Both the position numbers and the translations under genes were made by a program. 64,000 nt of DNA from Eledone cirrhosa (lineage: Eukaryota), in the NCBI GenBank assembly GCA_964016885.1, contig OZ024752.1:45446001-45510000 (forward strand), written 5' to 3'. The notes below the pieces were generated by a model that saw only the letters and a program-made list of their open reading frames with translations, did not search any database and was not told where the DNA came from. The stretch's first letter is position 1; the number at the start of each line of letters is the position of its first letter. Positions 45,013 to 57,420 of the stretch are shown piece by piece.

Positions 45013-45831
45013 TCTTAATAATAATGATGATGTTTCTACTTTTTTGGCACAAGGCTAGCAATTACTCCAGAGCATTACTGGTGCCTTATTTTATCGACCC
45101 CTAAAATGATTATTATTGTTTCATGGAACCAGAAGCAGTTTGGGGCAGGTGGGTAACAATAGAAATAATGTAAAAATCCTGAAAAGGACTATACACAAGG
45201 TACAACTCATTTATTTCCAGTTAAGTTGAGTGGAGCAATGTGTAATAAAGTGACTTGCTCAAGAACACAATGTATTGCCAGAAATCAAACTCAAACTCAC
45301 AACATTACAATCACAAGCCAACCAGCCTAACCACTAAACCATGTGCCTTCATAATGATTTCTAGTATAGGCAGAAGGCCAGTAATTTAGCGGGGAGGGGA
45401 AAGTTGATTAAATCGACCGCAGTACGTTACTGGTACTTTATTTTATCGACCCCCGTAAGGACAAGAGGCAAAGTTAACCTCGGTGGAATTTGAACTCAGA
45501 CCGTAAAGGGCCGTAACTCTGTGCTGCAAAGCATAGCGTCCGATTCTCTACCGATACTGCCAATCCACCGCCCTCACAATGAAGGGTCAAACAGAGAAGT
45601 ATTATATGGACTGAACACTTTTAAGTATATCGTGTTTCAATGAAGTGAAAACAATGGATTACTAGGAGGACTCCTTTGATGTAGTAAATACAATGTGTTT
45701 CTATGGCAACGTAATTAATTATGAGAGAAGGTACAACAATGTCATTATATAGAATATGAGGTTAAATTATAGGAATTATTCTCTGAGATTCTAATAAAGG
45801 GAATGTCTTTCTGTAAGAAAAACAATAGACT

Positions 45832-45849
45832 ATCACCATCACCACCATC

Positions 45850-45898
<49 letters not shown>

Positions 45899-47057
45899 CC
45901 ATCATCACCACCACCATCATCATCATCATCATCACCATCATCACCACCACCATCATCATCACCATCACCACCATCATCATCATCACCACCACCATCATCA
46001 TCATCACCACCACCATCATCATCATCATCATCACCATCATCACCACCACCATCATCATCACCATCACCACCATCATCATCATCACCACCACCATCATCAT
46101 CATCACCACCACCATCATCATCATCATCATCACCATCATCACCACCACCATCATCATCACCATCACCACCATCATCATCATCACCACCACCATCATCATC
46201 ATCACCACCACCATCATCATCATCATCACCACCACCATCATCATCATCATCACCACCACCATCATCATCACCATCACCACCACCATCATCATCACCACCA
46301 CCATCATCATCACCACCACCACCATCATCATCATCACCACCACCATCATCATCATCATCACCACCACCATCATCATCATCATCACCACCACCATCATCAT
46401 CACCATCACCACCACCATCATCATCATCATCACCACCACCATCATCATCACCATCACCACCACCATCATCATCATCACCACCACCATCATCATCATCACC
46501 ACCACCATCATCATCATCATCACCACCACCATCATCATCATCATCACCACCACCATCATCATCACCATCACCACCACCATCATCATCATCACCACCACCA
46601 TCATCATCATCATCACCACCACCATCATCATCACCATCACCACCATCATCATCATCATCACCACCATCATCATCATCATCACCACCATCATCATCATCAT
46701 CACCACCACCATCATCATCATCATCACCACCACCATCATCATCACCATCACCACCATCATCATCACCACCACCACCATCATCATCATCACCATCATCACC
46801 ACCATCATCACCACCATCATCACCACCACCATCATCATCATCATCACCACCACCATCATCATCATCATCATCACCACCACCACCATCATCACCATCACCA
46901 TCATCATCATCATCATCACCACCATCATCATCATCACCATCATCATCACCACCATCATCACCATCATCACCACCACCATCATCATCATCATCATCATCAT
47001 CATCACCATCATCACCACCATCACCATCACCATCACCATCATCATCATCATCACCAT

Positions 47058-47131
<74 letters not shown>

Positions 47132-47468
47132 CCACCACCACCACCATCACCATCACCATCACCATCATCATCATCATCGTCACCACCATCATCATCACCA
47201 TCACCACCACCACCATCACCATCACCATCACCACCATCATCACCACCATCATCATCATCACCATCACCACCACCACCATCACCATCACCATCACCATCAT
47301 CATCATCATCATCACCATCATCATCACCACCATCACCATCATCATCATCATCTTCATCATCATCATCATCACCACCACCACCACCATCATCATCATCACC
47401 ATCATCACCATCATCACCACCATCATCACCACCACCACCACCATCATCATCATCACCATCATCACCAC

Positions 47469-47512
<44 letters not shown>

Positions 47513-47580
47513 CCACCACCACCACCACCACCACCACCACCACCACCATCATCATCACCACCACCACCACCACCACCACA
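45832..47580. repeat. ~1.75-kb compound (CAT/CAC)n trinucleotide tract
   Basis: Continuous interleaved CAT and CAC triplets. Confidence 0.97.
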
Positions 47581-47737
47581 TTTTGAGATCTGTCCCCACC
47601 ACTTCCTCCCAGGTCTTCCTCTACTTCAGCTTCTTTCCACTAGGGAGCCTCGACCCTTCCTAGATTATCATCCATACACATCACATGTCCAAACCAGTGA
47701 CGTTCGACTCCTCCTTTTATATTCATCTAGTCTCTCA

Positions 47738-48180
47738 GTATTTTATCATGACACCAACACTACCACTTTACAGAGTGTACTGGGTGTATTCTATCACAAT
47801 ACCAACACTACCACATTACAGAGTGTACTGGGTGTATTTTATCATGACACCAACACTACCACTTTACAGAGTGGACAGGGTGTATTCTATCACAATACCA
47901 ACACTACCACATTACAGAGTGTACTGGGTGTATTTTATCATGACACCAACACTACCACTTTACAGAGTGGACAGGGTGTATTTTATCACAATACCAACAC
48001 TACCACATTACAGAGTGTACTGGGTGTATTCTATCACAATACCAACACTACCACTTTACAGAGTGTACTGGGTGTATTCTATCACAATACCAACACTACC
48101 ACATTACAGAGTGTACTGGGTGTATTTTATCATGACACCAACACTACCACTTTACAGAGTGTACTGGGTGTATTTTATCA
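47738..48180. repeat. 48-bp tandem array, ~9 copies, two alternating variants
   Basis: Unit GTATTTTATCATGACACCAACACTACCACTTTACAGAGTGTACTGGGT. Confidence 0.93.
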
Positions 48181-48780
48181 GATAGCTATATTGAAAAACA
48201 AATTATGTGCAGGAAAGTTTAACAAAACAGCTGCGCAGCAGATGTCTGTTGAGTTGAAAGATATGTGAGCAAAAGAAATTCTCTGACATGGGACATTGCT
48301 AAAATTTGTATTGAGTATCAAGGAAGAATGTAGCCCTGGGCTCGATTTAATTGACTTTCCTCTCCCCAAAAATTGCTGGCCTTGTGCCTAAATCAGAAAC
48401 CTTTATTATTATTAAGGAGTTACGGCCCTTTACGGTCTGAGTTCAAATCGCGCCGAAGTTAACTTTGCCTTTCTTTCATCCTTACGGGGTCGATAAAATA
48501 AAGTACCAGTAATGTACTGGAATAATTGCTGGCCTTGTGCCAAAAGTAGCAACATTATTATTATTAACACTCAGGGGCCGACGGCTGAGCTCTTGCCATT
48601 TCGACAGCTAATTCCAGACTAGTCACACTCTACTATCCCAAGTATTGAGTACTCTTGTTTAAACCTGGTAAAATCCTTATCCACACACACACACTTATAT
48701 GTATATAGAGGGGGGGGGGGTTAACGTTGCCTTTCATCCTTACGGGATCGATAAAATAAAGTACCAGTAATGCACTGGTG

Positions 48781-48830
<50 letters not shown>

Positions 48831-48985
48831 ACGATGTGTGAAATTCAAGGAGGGGGGGCTATCGTAAGCCGAAACCGCTTGACGCCGCGGTCGGGCTTTC
48901 ACACATCTCTATACCCAACTCTACATTTCTCGATGTATCGAGTACTCACATGATTAGTAGTCTCTTCGGTCTCAGCACCGCAGAC
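48831..48985 (+). mobile_element. GC-richer element with degenerate hammerhead and 3' bulged hairpin
   Basis: Stem I GATGTGTGAAA/TTTCACACATC, stem II GGCT/AGCC, GAAA, stem III ACCGC/GCGGT, GUC site. The CTGANGA box is not intact. Flanked by (GA)n and (TA)n. Confidence 0.55.
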
Positions 48986-49562
48986 TCTATCTATCTATAT
49001 ATATATATATATATATATATATCAGGCTTATAGGAATTAGCTATTGTTTGTATAATCCAAAGAAGCCATGTTTGTTGGGGAGATAAATATATATGACTAC
49101 TAGCTTTAGTTGTCTATCTTAGAAGATTAACTAAAATATTAGTAGCAAGGAAGTAGTATATATTCTCTCTTGTGTAATAACAATCACGGCCAGCAAGTAG
49201 TTTCCTTTCAACGATGTTGTGTGAGAGGAGGGACATCCACAGAAAACCTACCATTCGCTAAAATATTTCATCGTTGTGTCAAATATAATTACTAATTTAT
49301 CAGGTAATGTCGCACTTCATACAACCACTTAAATATTTAATTATATTTATAATTGTGATAAATGTCTTTATTAGCTATTTTTGTCCGTTATGAAGAAGCT
49401 CTAATTTATAAGAAACAGTCAACGAAGAAGATAGAAATATATTGAATAATAATAATAACAACGACAACTGCTCGTAATTGACATTGTATGTTTATTTATG
49501 TTTCTTCCTCCGAGTTGAATAAGTCTGTGTTTATATATACGATGAACGTGTGTGTGTATGTG

Positions 49563-49600
<38 letters not shown>

Positions 49601-49601
<1 letters not shown>

Positions 49602-49850
49602 AGAGGTTATATTTAATTTGTTGGGATACAACAAGCAAAATATTTTTAGAACTGATATAAAGCACTCAACAAATTATTGGAGTAAATATACAATATATTA
49701 ACAAATGGAATATTTATTTATAAAACTAATCTATATTATAGTTTATCTGATGAAAGCGCACCATAGTTTGCTTTGGTGGCCCTTGTAATATGTATAATGA
49801 AATAAATATGGTTTTATAAATATAGTTTCCATTTGTTAATATATTGCGTA
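49601..49850. mobile_element. Diverged family A element with decayed hammerhead
   Basis: Same tail and arm sequence as the other family A copies. CTGATGA at 49747, stem II CACCA/TGGTG, GAAA mutated to GTAA. Confidence 0.65.
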
Positions 49851-49931
49851 TATATATTTATATATATATATACATACATATATATATTATTCAAAATATT
49901 AATAAATGAAGACGTTCACATAATCAAAATA

Positions 49932-50003
49932 TATGTTTTATTATATATATTTTGGAGGTACTATGCTGTTTTTTCAATACGTCCTCATCAGATAAAATAC
50001 ATA
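49932..50003 (-). ncRNA. Decayed hammerhead motif related to family A
   Basis: Minus strand: tatgtattttat-CTGATGA-GGAcGTATTG..TAGTACcTCC-AAAA-TATATA-TA-ataaaacata. GAAA has become AAAA. Confidence 0.55.
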
Positions 50004-50098
50004 AATTGATGTACGACATTCCTCAACTGTCTTGATGGTTTAATTTCAGTATTGACAGTGATTTATTACAACAAAACTCTATGTTTATATATATATAT

Positions 50099-50188
<90 letters not shown>

Positions 50189-50194
50189 ATATAT

Positions 50195-50227
<33 letters not shown>

Positions 50228-50264
50228 ATATATATATATATATTATGTATATATATATATATGT

Positions 50265-50498
50265 ATCATCATCCACGCTAGCATGGGTTAGACGGGTTGT
50301 CCTGTTGAGGGCAGTGTCTGGTCGGCTGACCATGCCTTGCTCATACAGGAACTGATTTGGCTTGATTTCTACAGCTGGATGCCCTTCTTAACACCAACCT
50401 CATTTACAGTGAGTGCTGGGTGCTTTGTCCGAGGCGCCTACATGTCCACTCTACAGTGTGGGCTGGGTGCTTTTTTGCTGTGGCACCTCCACGACCAC
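50265..50498 (-). mobile_element. RTE-tailed SINE-like element
   Basis: CTAACCCATGCTAGC...(TGA)n 3' end and AAGGGCATCCAGCTGTAGAAA. Near-identical copy at 60578-60797. Confidence 0.7.
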
Positions 50499-50500
50499 AT

Positions 50501-50540
<40 letters not shown>

Positions 50541-50546
50541 AGAAAA

Positions 50547-50670
50547 GCTTCTACAGGACTAGAACTGTTTCATTCGTGAGAAATCATCAGGAAGCTCCTG
50601 ATGATTTCTCACGAATGAAACAGTTCTAGTCCTGTAGAAGCCATTTCCCATATTAAACATGATATTTATA
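50547..50670. mobile_element. Fold-back element with hammerhead core at its centre
   Basis: Arms 50547-50592 / 50596-50641. CTGATGA(50598)-TTTCTCACGAAT-GAAA(50617)-CAGTTCTA-GTC. Confidence 0.62.
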
Positions 50671-50734
50671 TACACAGATAAAGAAAGGGAGGGATGTGTG
50701 TGTGTGTTTATATATATGTTTAATTTATTTTTTT

Positions 50735-51050
50735 AAATGGTATTCCGTCGGTTACGACGATGAGTGTTCCAGTTGATGCGATCAACGGACATCCTGCTCG
50801 TGAAATTAACGTGCAAGTGGCTGAGCATTCCACAGACAGGCATACCCATAACGTAATTCTCAGGGAGATTCAGCGTGACACAGAATGTGACAAGGCTGGC
50901 CGTTCGAATTACAGGTACAACTCGGTTTTGCCAGCTGAGTGGTGTGGAGCAACGGGAAATAAAGCCTCTTGCTTAAGGACACAATCCGACGCTGGGAATC
51001 GACCTTACGAGCGTGAGCCGAATACCCTAACCACTAAGCCATGCGCCTTC
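50735..51050 (-). mobile_element. Second tRNA-derived SINE family (near full length)
   Basis: Head GGCGCATGGCTTAGTGGTTAG (A-box), then GTGTCCTTAAGCAAG core-like segment. Homologue at ~31710-31990 (+). Confidence 0.75.
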
Positions 51051-51366
51051 GCACGCACACACACACACATACACACACACACACCACACATACACACACA
51101 CATACACACATACACACACACATACACACACCACAGACATACACACACACACACCACACATACACACACAGACATACACACACACATACACACACACCAC
51201 ATACACACAGACATACACACACACACACACACACACCACACATACACACAGACATACACACACACACACCACACACACACACACCACACATACACACAGA
51301 CATACACACACACACACACACACCACACATACACACAGACATACACACACACACACACACACACAG

Positions 51367-51405
<39 letters not shown>

Positions 51406-51498
51406 ACACACACACACACCACACACCACACAGACACCACACAGTTTATTTCTAATCTCATCAGTACAACTTCATTTCTTTTTTTTTTTTTTATTAGG

Positions 51499-51630
51499 AT
51501 GTCTATGACAGGAATTCGATCTTGGTTAAAATCATGGATGTCCGGAGAATCGACGAGAGGGCCACTAGAAAAGGATTGGCAGTTAGTTGTGACGGATTCA
51601 CTAATTTTTGAGTTGGAAACACAGCTCAGG
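51499..51630 (+). CDS. RD3: RD3-family protein, coding exon 1 (MSMTGIRSWLKSWM...TDSLIFELETQLR)
   Basis: ATG directly after a polypyrimidine tract and AG (51496-51497), implying an upstream 5'UTR exon. Donor AGG|GTAAGT at 51631, phase 0. Peptide resembles the RD3 N-terminus (SWLRW...ETLMMEL..QMRE). Confidence 0.85.
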
Positions 51631-52714
51631 GTAAGTATCTTCACCGTTTTCATTCCAACCTGGTCAGATCTTGCTTTGTTTCTATAGATTCATATGGAAA
51701 TTAAAGAATAATAATTGTTTCTACTTTTGGCACAAGGCCAGCAAATACCCAGTGTATTACTGGTACTTTATTTTATCGACCCCGTAAGGATGAAAGGCAA
51801 AGTTAACCTCGGCGGGATTTGAACTAAATTAAATAATAATAATAGTGAAAATTATTGTGTACAGTGCTCAGGTGCACTACAACCATGTATAGTACATAGA
51901 ATAATTGTTTCTACTTTTGGCACAGGGCCAGCAATTAACCCAGTGCATTACTGGTACTTTATGTTGTAAAATAATTGTTTCTATATTTTGGCACAAGGCC
52001 AGCAAATTACCCAGTACATTACTGGTACTTTATTTTATCGACCCCGTAAGGATGAAAGGTAAAGTTAACCTCGGCGGGATTTGAACACATACCATAAATG
52101 GGCGTAACTCTATGCGTCAAAGCATGGCGTCCGACCAATAATGTTAATGATTCATCAACACAGATACGGGAAGCAGTGAAGTAGAGAACAATAAAATGGT
52201 CTATTTTCGATATTTACAATGGTTAGATGGTTTGTTAAGTTGTGAGACGAAGCCAGGTGACCTTAGTTGGCATCATTTCTATATCTGGATGCTCTACAGA
52301 GTGTAATGGGATACTTTTATTGTGCTACCAGCATTACCACCTTACAAGTGGTAGGGAAGGGTGGGTGTGTTAGAGTCCAAATTAACCCTTTAGCATTTAA
52401 ACCGGCTGTATCCAGCCAGAATCACTCACCTCTTCCTGTTCAAACTGGCTGTAACCAGCTGTTCACACTACTGTTAAGGTATTGTTCTCAAAATAAATGT
52501 TTGTAATTTATATATATATATAGAGAGAGATATATATAGATATATATACCCCACCCGTCCCCTCAATCTATTTTATTTCTCGTTCTTTCTTCTGATGAAG
52601 GACTAGCATCTAAAACGTTAAGCCCCTCTCCCTGCTATATCAAGTGTTAACCTAATATATCCCTTCCATATACTGTACCGATTGTGTTCTTATTTCTGTT
52701 TACCTTTTACATAC

Positions 52715-52749
<35 letters not shown>

Positions 52750-52751
52750 CA

Positions 52752-53002
52752 AGGGCCTCGTTTCAGGGGCTATCAGGGGACAAGTCCCCCCCCCTACTTT
52801 TTCAAACGTCTATGTTTTATTTTTTGTTTATTTGATATAATAAATTCTTTTTAAGCTTATTTTTTGAATATATAAAATTTAATTAGCGTAAAATGTTCCT
52901 TCTGTGATAGGGTCTGGGAAAGGGACCATAAGTAATTTATGCTCCTTTAAGAATCAAATGTTGGTTTGATCCCCTCACATTTTTAAGGCAAACGAGGCCC
53001 CT
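52752..53002. mobile_element. MITE-like element
   Basis: Terminal inverted repeat GGGCCTCGTTT / AAACGAGGCCC. Confidence 0.5.
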
Positions 53003-53100
53003 AATCAGTTCCTGTATGAGCAAGACAAGGTCAGCCGACTGGACACTGCCCACAACAGGACAACACGTCTAACCCATGCTAGTGTGGAAGAACGGACGTA

Positions 53101-53495
53101 ATTGTTAACCATCTTGCCAACAACAACCCTGAGTACCTTTTTGATTTCCATGTGTCTAACACACGTGGGCATGCCCACAAAGTCAGAAAACAGCACAGTT
53201 CCCATGACTTTTGGAAACATTTTTTCATGCTCAGAGTTGCTGAAGCATGGAACAAACTACCTGCATCGGTTGTTAGCTGTCGAGACACTGCATCCTTTAA
53301 GGCCTCCATGCTTCCTGAGATCCGCCAACACTACACCTAATGTTCCCCCTCCATACACATACACACATGTATACCATGACTCATACACTATTCACTTCCC
53401 TGACATTTGTGTATTATTCTATGTACTATACATGCACCTTTGACGAGTTGTAGTGCACCTGAGCACTTTACACAATTTCATTATTATTATTATTA
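53101..53495 (+). mobile_element. CR1/L2-type LINE 3' end in RD3 intron 1
   Basis: TRGHAHK...FF.LRV..AWNKLP.SVV......SFK motif, 3'UTR and (ATT)n tail. Other 3' ends near 2285, 18550, 51846 and 53630. Confidence 0.85.
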
Positions 53496-53688
53496 TGCAA
53501 AACGGTGATGATGATGATGATATAAAAGGAGAGAAGGTTAGCACTTCCCTTGACAAGGATGGAAGAGTTCATATGACCTTTCTTACACATGTGGACATTG
53601 CTCTGCTACTTCAGAGCAACCTGTTTTCTTGTAGTGCACCTGAGCACTGTACACAATAATTTCATTTCTATATATTTCTACTTGACAG

Positions 53689-53943
53689 GATTTGGAACAA
53701 CATTACTGGGAAATAGAACAGGAAGAGCGTAAACAGCAGACAGGTGTTGATTATAGCTGGCTCGTTAGCAACGACAGCCGTTCCTATCAGATACCTCACA
53801 TTGAACGGATGCAACTGGTCAGTTTGTGCCAATTAGTTAAACCAGAAGAATGCAGTTGTATTATCAAGTCATTCCGAAATTACCTTCTCCGTGAACCTCC
53901 ACTTACTGAAGTCACAACCTTATTTAAACATGCCATTACACAG
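53689..53943 (+). CDS. RD3: RD3-family protein, coding exon 2 (DLEQHYWEIEQEERKQQTGVDYSWLVS...LFKHAITQ)
   Basis: Acceptor TTGACAG|GAT and donor CAG|GTAAGT, phase 0/0, 85 codons. Contains the RD3 hallmark TGVDYSWL, ER.QL..LC..(V/I).P..C...I..FR and EP...EV..LF motifs. Confidence 0.93.
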
Positions 53944-53954
53944 GTAAGTTTCAT

Positions 53955-54302
53955 ATCTACCTGTCTATCTAGGTAGCTATCTCTATATTTATCTACCTGT
54001 CTATCTAGGTAGCTATCTCTATATTTATCTATGTCTATCTAGGTAGCTAACTATCTCTATATTTATCTACCTGTCTATCTAGGTAGCTAACTATCTCTAC
54101 ATTTATCTACCTGTCTATCTAGGTAGCTAACTATCTCTACATTTATCTACCTGTCTATCTAGGTAGCTATCTCTATATTTATCTACCTGTCTATTTAGGT
54201 AGCTAACTATCTCTACATTTATCTACCTGTCTATCTATCTACCTGTCTATCTAGGTAGCTAACTATCTCTACATTTATCTACCTGTCTATTTAGGTAGCT
54301 AC
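53955..54302. repeat. 34-38-bp minisatellite in RD3 intron 2
   Basis: Unit ATCTACCTGTCTATCTAGGTAGCT(AACT)ATCTCTAYATTT, ~9 copies. Confidence 0.9.
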
Positions 54303-54444
54303 CTCTCTCTCTCTATATATATATATCTGTGTATCTGACCACCTATCTATTTCTAATTTGCATTATATCAGGTTTCCCCAAAACAATCTTAACCACATGA
54401 CTCACAAACTATACTAATTTTGTATTTCTTTATTTATTCACTAG

Positions 54445-54690
54445 ATTCTTGAAGAACGGCCTAAAGAAGAAACATTTTCAGAATGGGTAAGCACACGGAC
54501 AGCAAATTTAATAAACAATATGAAACTACTACGGCCAAGTCCTCAAGTTTCACCTATTAATGATGACATAGACATTGAAAAACAACAAGAATCGTATCCA
54601 CTAACATCATTTGATTCTATGTTGTATTATAAAAATGGAAGTGAAAATATCTACGATTTCCCCAGCAATAAGCAGTCACAGTTTATATGA
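54445..54690 (+). CDS. RD3: RD3-family protein, last coding exon (ILEERPKEETFSEWV...QSQFI*)
   Basis: Acceptor ttcactag|ATT, open phase-0 frame of 81 codons to TGA at 54688-54690. ILEE.P.EE and the VSP..DDI..E segment parallel the RD3 C-terminus. Not in the ORF track. Confidence 0.85.
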   Translation: MLEERPKEETFSEWVSTRTANLINNMKLLRPSPQVSPINDDIDIEKQQESYPLTSFDSMLYYKNGSENIYDFPSNKQSQFI

Positions 54691-54781
54691 AGATTCCTTC
54701 CATATTCTCTCATCATTCCATCTTGTCTTTCCTTTTATAACATTTGTCATTTTGGCGCCAGCATTTCTCTGCTATTGTTAA

Positions 54782-55240
54782 CCCTTTTCTTACCATATTT
54801 CTAGTGAAAAATACTACATATGGTTTTCAAATCATTTTTGAAAATGATTAGAATTTGGAAGGATTTACTAATATAACTAACTTTCTCAGTGTTAAGCTGG
54901 TGTTTGAAACGTAATTCAACAAAGGTTCTTACATAAAATTATGATGGAAGACTTTTAGATGAAAACAGACACTTTAACCCTTTAGCATTTACATTACTCT
55001 ATATATATATTATTGTATTTTTGTGATAAAGGCTTTACCTCACATAATATCGAATCTATGAGATTTTGATGTTATTTATTTTGAGAACAATACTTTAATG
55101 TCAGAATGAGTGGCCAGTTATAGCCAGTTTGAACAGAAAGAGGTGAGAGAATTTTGGCCAGATATGGCCAGTTTAAATGCTAAAGGGTTAAAACCAAGAG
55201 CTTAGTATCATAGAAAGAGGACAATTGGGTACCAAAAGGG
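54782..55240. mobile_element. piggyBac-like MITE family 2 with nested family 1 MITE (54978-55187)
   Basis: Outer TTAA-CCCTTTT..ACC / GGT..AAAAGGG-TTAA, inner element also TTAA-flanked. Decayed family 2 bodies at ~8930-9310. Confidence 0.78.
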
Positions 55241-57375
55241 TTAAACATTTTCTCTGCCATTGTACCTACGATCCTCATGGCAGTAGCTTTAACTCTTAAC
55301 ATCCTGTAATAATTTAGTGGAAAATGTCTAAACACAGGTTTGTTAATACAAATGTTTATAGTATCATTACAACTGGACAGATTGTGAAAATTTGCAGTAT
55401 TAGTGTAAAGACTTCATTGTGCTGTTTTATACTTTTCAAGAATGTCTTGCTAATGCAGCTTCATGTGGTACAGGACATTAAGAGAACTCTCCACAGAAAA
55501 TATCCAAACCAAAAAGGTATTTGTTAACCCAAATATTCATAGTACCTTTACTAATGGACAGATTATTTTGAAAATTTACAGAGTTACTGTAATACTATTT
55601 CTTTGCCTCACACTGATACCATTTCTTTCAAAACAAAATCTAACAGATTTGAAAAATATAAAGTTCATATCATAATTAATTCTATCATTCCAAAGTATTA
55701 ATGTCATTGTGATAACGAGTCTAGTAGTCTAAGAAACTGTAAAACAGGGTTGAATAATTAAAATAAAATAAAAATTTTATTGAGTAAAAACTGACTGCTT
55801 TCTTAGAAACATATATTGCTAATTTTAATATATTAATATGTGATTATATATATATATATATATATATAGTAAACAAGTAAAGAATAACGTGGTCAGCTGT
55901 ACAATAGGGTTTATTCAAAGTATTAATTGTTTCATTAGTCCAGTGTGTCTAAAAATGGCTGATCGCCAGAAGCTCTGTCACTCGATTTTAATTACAGTTG
56001 ATACAGAGTACTCATAAGCTCTACTCGGATTACCTTAAACAATATCTTGTTTTATATATATATATATATATACACACATACTCACATGTACCTCTCAGTC
56101 TTGCAAGATCCAAGGCAAACTCACCAGTGCACCCAGTACACTCTGTAAAGTGGATGTTCTGGTGCCATCATTATAAAATGCACTCAGTTTATTCTTTGCA
56201 TTTTTATCAAGCAACACCACCACGCCGTCTGTGTGTAGGTAGGTATGAAAACTTTGGGTGAACTTGGAAGTTGATCTCAAATCACTAAGACTCAAAGAGA
56301 AGATGACGAAAGGATGCGGTGAGTGGAGAGATGCTGTGCTGAAAAGGACTCGTCCAACCCATGCAAGCATGGAAAAACGGACATAAAACAATGATATATA
56401 TATATATATGGAGAGAGAGAATAATTAAAATGCGAAGTTCGGTGTAGATGATTAAAAATCTTTATTAATAAAGCTGTGATACATATTTCAATGGCAACCA
56501 TGGCTACATGATGGTTCAGTCACACAACAAGTTGCACTACATCATCAGACAACATCTTATGTAATAAGGTGACGTGTCCGAGGCAAATCTGTCTGTTCAC
56601 AATGGAACGACAGATAAAATATTTTCATTGCCGATGTGATGTCTGTTCTCTTGTGAACTTTAGTTCCACTCTACAGCTCTGCACAGGTGTGGGGGTGAAG
56701 GACTGACTGACCATCTCTCTATCACCCACTCCCTCCATGTAAGCAGCTAGGACCACAGAGACAAACCTATCTCATATACCAAAGCTGTGCTAATGAAGAC
56801 CTGACCACAAATATGCAATGTGACCTGACCTATCTCTATGTACCTCTAGCACTCAGTCACTTTGTGACACAAAAACCTAGATAAGCACCAGCTTGGTGAA
56901 TGTCTAGGCTCAAGACAGACTTTAGATATTAGAGGTGAACACATCAACCCATAAGGAATGTATTGTGTGAACCACAACTCCATTATGGAAGGGTGAGAAC
57001 TAAACTCATCGTGTGAACTGTGAGAAATAAAAATACTGTCCGAATGAGCAGAACAAAGTAAACAAGAGGGCACTCAAATATAGGAACAAAGGTCACATCC
57101 TAAATACCATACTCTCAGCGATGACACCGCACCTCCGAGAATTGGCACATGCTACAGAAACAGCAATTCTGGAAGTGAAACAAACCCCACAAACACAGTG
57201 ACATTTGTTAATAACATCACATAAACCCACCAACATAAAATAATATGGTATAATCCATATATATACACTTATAATGTCTGATGAGGTTGTATCTATTACA
57301 TAACAGATACCACTGAAATATATATGACAGTAACAAAGCAATCAAATTGATGTAAGGTTCAAGCACACTGACTTC

Positions 57376-57420
<45 letters not shown>

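Noticed and set aside
45762-48268. 821-aa Ser/Pro (extensin-like) and 605-aa Met/Val ORFs
   Set aside because: Only CAT/CAC triplets, open on both strands, non-ATG starts, running into LINE and satellite sequence.
49200-49303. Candidate RD3 5'UTR exon ending CAG|GTAATG
   Set aside because: A donor-like site alone is insufficient evidence.
56500-57150. Coding exon between RD3 and TMEM187
   Set aside because: Frames are interrupted; more likely a decayed LINE fragment, family uncertain.
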